Shown here piece after piece: positions 12,850 through 23,920 of a stretch of 64,000 bases of DNA (positions are counted from its first letter, which is position 1; every line of letters starts with the position of its first letter). The position numbers and the translations under genes are program-made. Under the pieces are notes generated by a model. That model was not told where the DNA came from. It searched no databases and worked only from the letters and a program-made list of their open reading frames with translations. Origin of the DNA: Vitrella brassicaformis CCMP3155 (taxonomy: Eukaryota > Protista > Chromerida); contig CDMY01000247.1 of assembly GCA_001179505.1 (NCBI GenBank), positions 62,001 to 126,000 of the forward strand, written 5' to 3'.

Positions 12850-14131
12850 CATTATGGAGGGCATGGACATGGATTGCCACGATGCATTCGACAAGGCGAT
12901 TCAGTTCAGCTCCAGTGTGGGCGACCACCGGCTCATCACCCACCTGACGCCGCTCTCCCAGGCGGCAGAGGTGGGTGGGTGGCTGGGGGCTCAGACAAAC
13001 AGAGAGGGGCAGAGAGACAGTCAGACAGAGAGCATGCATTCCCTGAATGAATGAATGAATGTGTGTGCATGTGTGTGTATGTGTGCAGGTCAGGAGGGGT
13101 GTCCAGATCTATGTGTGGGCGACCAACAACGGCCTTCCTGGGGTCTGCAAGCTCATCAGTCACGGGGACACAGCCGATCACTTTGAGCACATAGTCGATC
13201 GCCCACTCATGGGTCTGCGGCAGTTCCTCTATCAGAGGTGAGGAACTGTCAAAGTCCATTGTGTTCGTTTGATGTCGTCCGCTTCTCGCCCGTACACCCC
13301 GCTCTCTCCCTCTCCCTCTCCATGTGTCTGTCTCTGTGTCTGTGTGTGGACTATGTAGGAATGGCTGGCGCCCTCCGACCGAGGCGATGGTCGCTTGGGT
13401 ATTGGGTGACATCATAGAGCTGCTCGCACTCTTGGAGCCGCGGTAAGCAACAAGACGAACCAAACGGCCAGGCAAAGTGCCCATGTGTGTGTGCCCCGCC
13501 CGTGTGTGTTGTCTGTCCTTGCGCTGCGCTATTTCTTCGTTATTTCTTCGTGTGTTCGATCAGGGGCGTGACGTTGGCCAACCTGTGCCTCGACACCATG
13601 GGCGTGCGGCCGGTCGACTGTAGCGACGGGGGCACATATGTCACGGCCGTCCTGACAGACTTGAGCGACGCCCGCCAAGGCAGAAGGTACGACGCACACA
13701 CCACCTAAGGGCTGCATATGTGTTATTGCTCATGATCTCTCATGATCTCTCTCTCTCTCTCTGTGTGTGTGTGTACAAAACCTCGATCGGCTGGCCTTGC
13801 TGGGGTGCAGCGTGGTGTCGAGTGACCGCACATACGTGGCCCCCGAGGTCCTCAAGCGCCAGCTGTGTGACCCATCCACCGACACCTCCGCCTTAGGTGA
13901 GTCTAGTAGCCACGGCCGGCAGGGAAGGCCCGCACGCACATCCATACGCGACTACTGAACGACACGATGATTGGGGGGATCGGGTGGCCTGCAGGTTTAG
14001 CGATGTACGAGCTGCTAACGGCATCGTCGGTTTCCAAGGACATATCCCCCGCGGTGAGCCATCCATCCCGCCACACACACATCGCGCACCACACCACACC
14101 ACACAACACACGATACCGCTTCCCTGCCTCT

Positions 14132-14162
<31 letters not shown>

Positions 14163-14512
14163 CAATGTTCAGAGCTGGACGCTCTCGGTCGGTCACGACG
14201 CTGTCGTACCAGTGGCTGCCAAAGGCCACCAAGGAGCTGCTCGAGTGTGGGGTTAGCAAGGAGACCATCGATGTGGTGACATCCATGATGGCGAATGATA
14301 GCAAGTCAAGGCCGACAGCTGGATGGGTACGTACATTAGTCAAGTAGTTGAGTGCACGAGCAGACTGATTGATGGCTGGCTGGCTGTCTGGCTGGCTGTG
14401 TGAATGTAATGTATTTGTGTATGTGTGTGTGTGTATGTGTGTGTATGTGTGTCAGGTGTGCAAGTACTTCCGATCGCTGCTCCAGGTCCCAGCCTCGCAG
14501 GACCCTGCCTGA
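12850..14512 (+). CDS. Pseudokinase domain K3 (possibly decayed), preceded by Q/G/P-rich low-complexity exons
   Basis: Exons VWATNNGLPGVCKLISHG..IVDRPLMGLRQFL, VAWVLGDIIELLALL, GVTLANLCLDTMGVRP..VLTDLS, YVAPEVL..DTSALG|LAMYELLT, DSKSRPTA. Confidence 0.7.
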
Positions 14513-15674
14513 CGGCACCCGCCCCCCGACAAACCGACTCGTGAGCTGTTCTGCATCGATCAGACGCCCCCTGTGCTGCCCCCGCTGCCCGAGCCATGGG
14601 GCCCCGCCCCGGCCGCACCGCCGACGCCAGATGATCTGGAGGACGACGACCTGACATACTCGGAGAACTCGACAGACACTGACAAAACACCAGAGGTGCG
14701 CTGCTCCCGTGAGCCACTCAGACAGACAGCAAACGGCGCACGCAGATAGATAGATAGATAGAAGGATGGATGTGTATGGTATGGTATGGTATGTGTGCCT
14801 TCTCTCTATGTGCCTGCCTGCCTCTGTGTGTGTACAGGAATCGGCGGCGGCTGGTGGCCAGGACCGCCCGTAGGCCGACAGTGTGCACTCGGCCTGTGCG
14901 AGCGGCAGCGGCAGCGGCGGTTGACGGCGAGTGGGTGACACACCCACTCGCGAATTCGGTGGGTGAAGCACACGCACACGCAATGCACATACGGCGGTGG
15001 GAGCTGCCCTTAATGTGCACCCGTCACAGGCTTCTGTGTATGGATGTGTGTCACAGAAGAGGAAAGCGAGGAGAAGGCCTGATGGTGAGTCTGTCACACG
15101 AGGGTCCATCGAACTCTGACGTGTGTGTCTGCCACTTGTTATCAGGCCATCGTTGCCTACATTTTATATTGTGAAGGCATGTCCTCTTCTTTCGCCGGTT
15201 GCCGAGCATTGGCAGGCGTTTCCGTGTTCGGCCCCTGCCAATGCTAGCCCCTGGAGGACGTCAAAAGGGCTCATCTCCACAGATATACATGTGAGTGGGT
15301 AGGTTGCTTGTTGACATCCGTGCCATGGTTTCTGTATGTTGCTTCCTCAGGCCTATCAGTGCCTTGTCAAGGCATGTGAGCTCGACCTGAGGCAGAACAC
15401 CAGGCAACTGACACGCACACGCAGAAGCGTTGATCCGTCCTTGACTATACCCATTCGGTGCTCATGCGCGGTGTCTACCTGCCTTTCTTTCATTGTGGTC
15501 GTCTGTCAGCTGCGCTGAAGACTTGGTCGGCCTTCGACGGAGGCTCGGTTTGTCCTCGTCCACTGCTGCCGCTGCCGCTGCCGCCGCACCGGCGGAGAGG
15601 GCGCCAGGCAATCGCCGTGGTAAGTCACTCAGCCATTCACTCAGTCAGGCGAGCCAGAGTATGCACACTGTTCA

Positions 15675-15709
<35 letters not shown>

Positions 15710-15719
15710 TGTGATACAG

Positions 15720-16860
15720 AACAAACAGGAGTGCCTGGAGAGGGACCATAGCCTCTGTTTGGTGCGAGAGAAGGACGTGTGGGTCGGTTTGGTGTGGTAT
15801 TGGCCATGAAGGACGAGCGCGGCTGCAAGTGGGCTGTCAAGGTTCTGCACAAGGATCATGATTGCGCTACACCAGTGAGTGGGTGGGGTGAGACACAACA
15901 CACAAGGGACAAACGGGCGGATGGACGGGTCAATGGGTGTGTGCGTGTGTTGTGTGCAGAACGGCGAGTTTGTTAGGACTGGCAATGACATTTGGGTGGT
16001 CTACTGCGAGCGTCTTGAGCGCGGCCACCGACACATCGTCAACATCGCGGCCGTCTATCACCTGTGTGGCCCCCATGACGAGCGGATTACCGCCTACAAG
16101 ATGGAATGGATTGACAGTACGGGCCATACCCATACACACATTCGTGACTGGCTGGCTGCGATATGTTTCGTCATTTTATGCATATGTGGGTGGCCTCAGG
16201 TATACTTTGTCAGTTTGACGGTTGTGCGGCAAGCACCCCCCCGGCTCCCACACATCGCAGATGGCGTTTTCGCGGCGCTCGAGCTCTTCCACCGGCTGCA
16301 TCTCGTGCATGGAGATATCCACGTCAGTCAGTGGGCGACGGGGGGCACTCATGCACATACTCTCAAAGACAGACGTGTGTGTGGGGCGTGTGTGTGCAGG
16401 AGGCAACATAGGCGTTCGTAGGAGCCGCAACGGCAGCTATGAGGCGGTCCTGATCGATTTGGATCGGCTGAGACTGGACCCATCCACGCCGAAGAGGTCA
16501 GTGATATGGGAAACACGGACGCAGTGTACATGAGTACATGAGTGCGTTTGTGTGTCTCTGTGTGTGTGAATGTATGTGTAGGGTCCTAGGGTGATGGACA
16601 CGAGCAGAGATTTCTGGTGTGCCGCAAGGCTCTTACGTGCATGGAGATATCCACGTCAGTGAGTGGGCGAGCTCAGTGTGGATATGCCCATGCACATACT
16701 CTTTGAGACAGACGCGCTCGCGTGTGTGTGTGTGTTTGTGTGTGTGTGGCGTGTGTGCTCCAGATGAGGAAAAGCAAGGAGGTGGTGCGGTGGAAGCAAG
16801 GAGGAGGACGCCGAGCTGGCGGCATACCAGCAGGCAAGGATCGCGAGACATGCTGGTGAG
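15720..16860 (+). pseudogene. Kinase domain K4 retaining catalytic motifs but truncated/disrupted
   Basis: GRFGVV loop, WAVKVL, HRHIVNI, YKMEWI, LVHGDIH|GGNIGV, VLIDLD; in-frame TAG at 15749-15751 upstream; no clear C-lobe. Confidence 0.7.
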
Positions 16861-17289
16861 CCATGTTCATGTCTCTGATTGCCCATAGTTTTCATGTGTG
16901 TGCTTTTGTCCGCTCTTATCAGGTCGGTTCCCATCGCTGTCCACATTTTATATCGTGGAGTTGGTGCTCTTCCTTCCCACGCCGGGTGATGGCAAGGGTA
17001 AGGAGAACCGCAGAGAGAGCCGCACTGCATTGAGGGCCCACCGTCTGCATCGCTCACCGTTTGTGCGATGACTGCAGAGCGGGCCGAACCGCCACCCCGA
17101 CCAGGGACAAGGACCATTTGTCTGGCAATACCCTGAGGAAGCCATGGCCTTCTTGATCCGAGCGAGGGCACACATGCACACGGTATGCATCTATGTGCTG
17201 TAACAACACACACAGCGTATCAGTCCTGTGTGTGTGTGTGCGTGTGTGTCTTTAGGACAATCACTTGTCGGGTCTGATTGACCTGCAGC

Positions 17290-18067
17290 GCGGTGCAGTC
17301 GGCTGCCATTGGGTCCGGATCTGCAGATCACCCTCACCGAGTACGAAAAGGCCGGCACGGGGTACCATGGGCGGCTGGCCCTGTCGCAGCTGGCCAGCAG
17401 CCCGGCGAGTGCGTCCTTCGCCGAGCGCCTGACCATTCTCAATAAGGACCCGCAGACGGGCAAGGAGTACCTGGCTCGACTGATACCCAAAACCCTTTAC
17501 ACCAGGGATCCATCGATGAGGGAGGGAGGGACTGCCCGAACATGATCCATCCATCCATCCATCCATGTGTGTGTATGTGTGTGTGTTTGCAGGAGAAGGA
17601 GGCGATTGTGTGATTGCTGACAAGGGCTTCCCGGCGGTCGCGCGATTCGTCTGCCGTGCCGACGAGCGCGACTATCACAAGACCCTCATAGTGCTCCCCT
17701 TCAAACCACTCAGCGACTTCCAGTAAGGCAATGAAGGCGGCAGGGCGCGGCGCCACACAATCGCACGCACGCACAGTGTGTGTGCTGGTCTGGTTGGGGT
17801 CAACAGCTTCCCGGGCGACCCCTGGAGTGAGGAGATGGTCATAGACATCGCACGGCTGCTGGCCGGACTGGCTGCAAAGTGAGTGAGCTTGGACAGCACA
17901 ACTTGAGAAACGGACATACCCACCCCACACGCCTGTTGGTCCAGCGGCATAAACCCACGGCACCCCGACGCCCGAGACGATCGGTGTGATGCCCGTCGAG
18001 CACAACGACGGCCAGCACTACTTCTCGGCGGTCGTACACAAGTGGCATGGCGCCTTCGCGGCAGGAG
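17290..18067 (+). pseudogene. Pseudokinase domain K5 (frameshifted)
   Basis: GFPAVARFVCR..IVLPFKPLSDF, MVIDIARLLAGL, GI(T)HGTPTPETIGVMP..VVHKWHG, with one extra A at ~17951-17953 breaking the frame. Confidence 0.65.
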
Positions 18068-18179
18068 GTACACACACACACACACGCATGGGTGGGAGGG
18101 AGGGAGGGAGGGACGGAGGCGTCTCGTATCTGTCTGTGTCTTTTTGCTTGATTGATGCCTGGCTGCGTGGCTGCACAGG

Positions 18180-20010
18180 GTCATCAAGCAGGTGCTCAGA
18201 GGGCCCACATGGACGACGACGCCTGGTCCATGATCGGATTGACGCGAGAAGACCAGGAGAGAATCCCTGTCAACACGATCATGGACATCCGTGAGCGGGA
18301 CCAGACAGACGAAGACGCCGCACTGGCCAGGCACCTCCACGCCGCTCAAGTGGCAGAGGCAGCACAACAACAGCAGCAGCAGGCCAGCTCAGCCAGTCAC
18401 AACTACGGCAACAACTACGACAACAACGACAACTGGAGCGATTCGGACGGGTGGGATCCTCTGCTGCTGCCCCATGCGCAGCCAGGCCCTGCTCCTGTGG
18501 CTGCCGCAGCCGCTGCTTCGTCGGGAGGCGGTGGTGGTGGGTGGACGTCGGGTGGCGTGAGCAGGCCCAGCGGCAGCGGGCAGCAGCATCTACAGGGTCG
18601 TCCGGAGATGCACAATTCCTCTCAGGTGTGCGGATGGGCGGTGTGGTCCACCTGTGTGTGGTACGTCTGTTGTGGCGCTTGTGGGGTGTGTGTGCAGGGT
18701 GGGGGAGGTGGGGGCGGTCGTGCCGCAGCAACAAGACCATCCAGATCAGGGGGCCGTCTGGCCGCATCAGACACGTGAGGCAATAACACGATGCACTCGA
18801 CGATGCATGGCCATCCATCCGGCGCAAAGGCCTCTCCTTTCTCTGGTTCCTTGCCTTTGCAGGTAGTCCGTTACGGTGTTAGCATTGACGAGCTGCGCCA
18901 GGAGGTGCTGAAGCTGCTCCGGCTGGACGACAGTAGTGTCACCGTCCAGCTGCTCGTCCGGGGCTCGTCCATCCGGGACGTCGACGCCCTGCGAGACGGC
19001 GATGAGGTGGCGTTTACTCCCCTCCCACTCTCACCGCACCGCACTACCCCAGCCCCCTCAGCCGCACCATCAGCCAACAGCGATCGACAAGCGCCAACCA
19101 CAGCCCCCAACGGACGAGCGCCGGAGCTGCCGCGGCCTGGGACGACGGCCACCGACGTATCGGTGAGGAGGGATGTGTGGGTATGTGTATGTTATGTGGG
19201 TGCAGCAATGTGTTGTGGTACGTGTGTTGTGTGTATGTTATGTGTGTGCAGCAATGGAAAAAGCGCCCGACAGACACCGGGTTCGGCGATATATTCGTGG
19301 AGGAGGGGGAGCTGAACGGCCAGCTGTTTCTCAAGTTGAAGATCCCATTGAGCCGATACAACAAGAATGCATCGGTGAGCGGAAGGAATGGCTGGCATGT
19401 GTCCAGGGGGGCGGGGGGGAGGGAGGGAGAGGTGCGCAGAGGGTCGGTCTGTCTGTCAGTCAGCACAGTCTCGTGTTCGTTCGGTCTGCAGGTGCGGGAG
19501 CCGGTGCTTATCCACAAGTTGCTGTCTGAGACGGTGCGCCAGTCCTCACTCGAGTCGTCTGTGGCGAAGCAGCTCGGGGAATTCGAGCAGGATGGGTATC
19601 ATGTGGTCGTCCTCGAGAGACCTCCCATGCCCTTGCGCGACTTCTTCAGGGAGCAGTAAGTAAGGCGGGAAGAGATGTGTGTGGCGGCTCTCGCCCTCGT
19701 CAACACGTCCCTTTGTGTGTGTGTGTGTGTGTGTGGTGCAGCATCGAGCACGTGGGTGTGGCTGAGTCGGTGGTCTTTTGGTTCGTAGGTGACCTGCTGC
19801 GGCTGCCGTGCAGAGTGAGGAGAAGGGAAACAAATCGAGATACACACATACCAGGCATTCAGTCATGTTGGCCTCGTCTGTCGATGCGATGCATTCAGCG
19901 GCATCACTCACGGGGGCATGTCGCTCGACACGATCGGCCTCCGCCCCATCGCCGACCAGAGTCGCCGCGCCTACCGGAAGCCGTGTGTCTTCAATTGGCA
20001 AACTCCCTTC
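18180..20010 (+). CDS. MIU-like motif + ubiquitin-like domain U1 + pseudokinase K6 (C-lobe truncated)
   Basis: DEDAALARHLH; KTIQIRGPSGRIRH|VVRYGVSIDELRQEVLKLLRLDDSSVTVQLLVRGSSIRDVDALRDGDEVAF; TGFGDIF..LKLK|VREPVLIHKL..VVVLERPPMPLRDFF; GITHGGMSLDTIGLRP..CVFNW. Confidence 0.65.
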
Positions 20011-20308
20011 AGGGGCCGGCCCACTGTGCGTGTCTCTCTGTTTTCTTTCCAGGTGTGCCCTCATCGTTGCCTACATTTTATATCTCGGAGGAATTTTCAT
20101 CATTTCCTCGGCACCTCACTTGGACTTCTCAATGCGCAACTGTGTGGGATAGAAGACGTCCACGGTGGTGGTTTGCGAGCTCTGTGACGGTCTTCAGAAG
20201 AGTTTGAGTGAGATCTGAGGTTTTTGGCTGCGTAAAGGCCATTTGGCTGACCACAGGTGCGCTCTGCAGGCTATAGCGGCCGATAGAAGACTGCCGAACC
20301 ATCGCAGA

Positions 20309-21950
20309 ATGAGTTCGGAAGCCAAGACAGTCTATGTCCGACTGAAGGGACGCACTTGTTGGCCTCGGCAGCAGGTGAGGCAATCAACGCTCTCGATGTG
20401 ATGCCGGCCGGCTGGCTGAGGCGCCCAAACCACACACCGTTGCACTGCTTTGTCCGTTGTCTGTCTGTCTGTTTGTTTGTCTGCGGTGCGTTCAGTCGGT
20501 GAGTGAGGGCATGACTCTAGCTCAGTTCCATCAGCAGCAGCGCAAGTTTTTTCACCTGCCCAGCGACACTTTGGTGCGGGTCTTCGACACAGAGTGGCGG
20601 GAGGTGGTGGATCTGGACGACCTAGACGACGAGGAGACCGTACAGCTAAGTGTGGAGCTGCCCGATGACGTCGAGGCGCCGCACAACGATCCCACCCCCT
20701 CGCCGCCCGACAGCATCCCCACCCCATACTCCCAGCCTCACGGCCAGGGTGCCACACCGACCCGCGCATCCACACCAGCCCGCACACGGGGTGCCGCCAC
20801 GAGCGGCGCTGCAGCGGCCGGCAGCGACGTCGGGGAGGGTGCGGAGGGTGCGGAGGGGTCGGAGGAGGGCGGTGGTGTGGGGGAGGGCGGCGAGGGCGGA
20901 GTCGGTGACAAGAGTGTGGGCGGCGGTGAGTTTGCGGCCGTTGACGTGTTGTGGCACCTCGATGGGTCGCAGTCCACGGCGTTTGCGCGGCTGATGGAGC
21001 TCCCCGTCAAGAGTAAGGAGGGCCACGAGCTCGTGGCCCTTCTGATACCCCACAGCCAATACACAATGGAGGTGATCAAGGGAGGGAGAGAGGGAGGGAG
21101 GGAGGGTCAATGTGCATATGTCTGTGTATGTGTGTCTGTCTGCAGGTCAAGCGAGCCGCTGATATTCACGACTGGGCATCGCAGCAGCAGCTGCCGGCGG
21201 TGTGTAAGGTCGTGCACCGGCGTACCATGAGATCGCCGTCCAGAAACCCATCGTAGAACTGATTAGCTTCTTCAACCAGTAGTAAGCAAGGCGAAAGAGA
21301 GAGATTCACCTCAACTCACAACATCCATCCATCGATTCATCCATCCATTCTGTGGTCATAGAACGCCTCTGTGTGTGGTGTGGCGTGGTGTGTGTCACCC
21401 CTGCAGTTGCCGGTGCGGATGGCCCGAGCAGGCCGTGGCGTCGTTCCTCAGGGACATCGCGTGCCTCCTCGTCAAACTCCACAAGGAGTAAGTGCGCGAC
21501 GACGGGCGGAGAGAGATCACACACACGCAAAGACATCCACACCCACACCCGTTCACTCGCGTGTGTGTCCCTGTCTGTCTGTCTGTCTGGATGCTGGTGG
21601 GTTCAGGGGTGTGAGCCATGCCGGCCTGTCCATCAGGTCCATCGGCCTCAGCCCAGTGTGCTGCGCGGACGGCGCGCGGACGGCGTTCCGCCTCAAGGCC
21701 TTCGTCTACAAGTGGGACAACGCCATCCGCGGCCGCACGTGAGCAACCAACGACACACAGACACAGACACAGACACAGACGCCCATCTCCCTCCCTCTCT
21801 GTGTCTGTGTGTGTCCGTGCTATGCGATGAATGCCATTCATTCATTTATTGTAATCAGGCGGATGCAGCCCTCGCGGTCCTTCTACGTGGCGCCCGAAGT
21901 GTTGCAGGGCCGTCACTGCGGCACGGCCACTGACATCTTCGCACTGGGTG
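20309..21950 (+). CDS. N-terminal ubiquitin-like domain U2 + low-complexity linker + pseudokinase K7
   Basis: ATG 20309, exon 1 to 20374, exon 2 from 20496: MSSEAKTVYVRLKGRTCWPRQQ|SVSEGMTLAQF..VRVFD..LDDEETVQLSVE; VASFLRDIACLLVKLHKE|GVSHAGLSIRSIGL..VYKWDN|FYVAPEVL..TDIFALG. Confidence 0.7.
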
Positions 21951-22509
21951 GGCAAACAGCCTCACCGACACACACGTCCTTCCGTCGCTCCAGACACACA
22001 GACACAGACAGAAACAAGGGGCTGCATGGCTATCCCCCCTGTGTGTGTCCATTTATATCAGACCACCGCTGCCTGCATTTTATATTGTGGAGGCATATCC
22101 TCTCCTTTCGCCGGTTGCCAAACAGGCGTCTCCGTCTTCGCCTTCAAGCTCACGGCCATATGAGGGGGGTCAGAGCCGCACACCCTGAGCGAGCCGCCTT
22201 CACTGCAGCCGTCTGTGAGTGCAAGTGTTTAACAGAAGACGGAGACCAACTACATCTTCTTCGTGACGAGTCCCGTCATCCGCGGCTCGTCACGAAAAGA
22301 CTCTGACGACGATGACGCGGACAACAACGAGTATGACGGCTGCGGCAGCCGCGACACCCAGGCAGACCACGGCAGCCACCCCGTCCCCTCCCCATCGCCA
22401 TCCAACGAGGCCCCCACGTCACCTCATGTGGCCGACTAGCCACTGCACGACAGCACTGCACCAGCGTCGCCATGCACGACCGCCGTCATTCGCAGATGCG
22501 ACGTGGAGT

Positions 22510-23733
22510 TCATCCCACCCACCACTTCACCCGCCACACCGCCATCACCATCGCCCCGTGACAGAAGCCCCTCCCCCGTGCCCAGCCAGTCGCCGTCACT
22601 CGCGAGCACCATCACCCCCCGCCACAGGACGCCCAGCGGAGAACTCCTGCTGAGATCTGACACTTCTCAGCCTTCTCCCCCTACCAACACCAGCAGCCCA
22701 AGCAGCACCAGCTCCACCAGTAGCACCACCGACGGCAGCGCCAAGGAGGCCTACTCTTCGCCCCGACTGCACTGGCGCTCGTTGCCTTAATGACCTCGAC
22801 CTGCCTGTCGTGTGTTGTGTTTCCTCAGACTTACGAGGCCTATGTTATGTTAGACCCCGGCTATGTGCGCAGCCTCTTCACCGCCGAGGAGTGGGAGCAG
22901 ATACAGAAAAAGGTAAGCCCATCGACCAGCCAGCCAGCCGCGCAGCCACACTGCACTGCACCCCAGCAAACGACGGTACATTGCCCTTCTCTCTGTCTGT
23001 CTCTGTGTGTGTGACGGCCGCAGAGGGAGCGCCGCTGGGAGATGGTGGCGAGGGACACCGAGCTGGCCGAGCAGCAGCTGAGGGAGATGGAGCGGCGCTG
23101 GGATGCCGAGAGGAAGGAGTCCGACAGGAAGTTGCGAGAGACCCATGGGCCCACGTTTGTTGAGCGCCGCCGGAGGAAGGTGGGGCTGAGATTGAGGGGC
23201 GAGATTACGTCGGTGCCGCTGCTGCAGGTGTGTGAGGCCACGCCACCCGTACCTTCGTTGCCCATTTCTCTAGCCGCTCACACACTCCCTTGCTGCGTCT
23301 GTGTGTGTGGCTTCTTTCCTCCCTTGCAGTCCACTCCCGACAAGATGACCCTGGAGGAGTTGGTGCACAAGGTGAGGGACAAGCCCTGCCTGCCGGGCGA
23401 GGCGGCTGTCCGCCTGTTTGTCGGGGACGTGCCCGTGGCGGGCTGCGACCAGCTTGATGACGACGACTGCGTCGAGGTGGAGGTCATCCCACCCACCACC
23501 TCCCCCGCCACAGCGCCATCACCATCGCCCCGTGACAGAAGCCCCTCCCCCGTGCCCAGCCAGTCGCCATCAGACTCGAGCAGCGTCAGCCCCCGCCACA
23601 GGACGCCCAGCGGAGAACTCCTGCTGAGATCTGACACTTCTCAGCCCTCTCCCCCTACCAACACCAGCAGCCCAAGCAGCACCAGCTCCACCAGTAGCAC
23701 CACCGACGGCACCGCCAAGGAGGCCCACTCTTC
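22510..23733 (+). repeat. ~250-bp near-identical direct repeat (22510-22760, 23484-23733) encoding an S/T/P-rich linker
   Basis: Both copies translate IPPTTSPAT.PSPSPRDRSPSPVPSQSPS...PRHRTPSGELLLRSDTSQPSPPTNTSSPSSTSSTSSTTDG.AKEA. Confidence 0.9.
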
Positions 23734-23920
23734 CCACGACAAGGCCACGACCATCACTGAGCCAGAGCTGCCCTCCCCGCCGCCCCCCCAACCACAGCAG
23801 CAGCACCAGCCGACCAGCTCGAGTTGGTGGTGGAACTGGGACTACTTCGTGTCATGCTGCTGCTGCTGCTGCTGCCCGTGGCGGCGGGAGGCCAAGTGTT
23901 CCTCCCGACCGCCACAACTA
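22829..23920 (+). CDS. Charged helix + ubiquitin-like domain U3 + S/T/P linker + Trp/Cys-rich tail (boundaries uncertain)
   Basis: KVGLRLRGEITSVPLLQ|STPDKMTLEELVHKVRDKPCLPGEAAVRLFVGDVPVAGCDQLDDDDCVEVEVIP; tail WWWNWDYFVSCCCCCCCPW. Confidence 0.55.

Noticed and set aside
11633-13054. 473-aa ORF and overlapping long ORFs
   Set aside because: They run through microsatellite introns (VCVCV, LSVCL translations); these are GC-rich open-frame artefacts and only parts are exonic.
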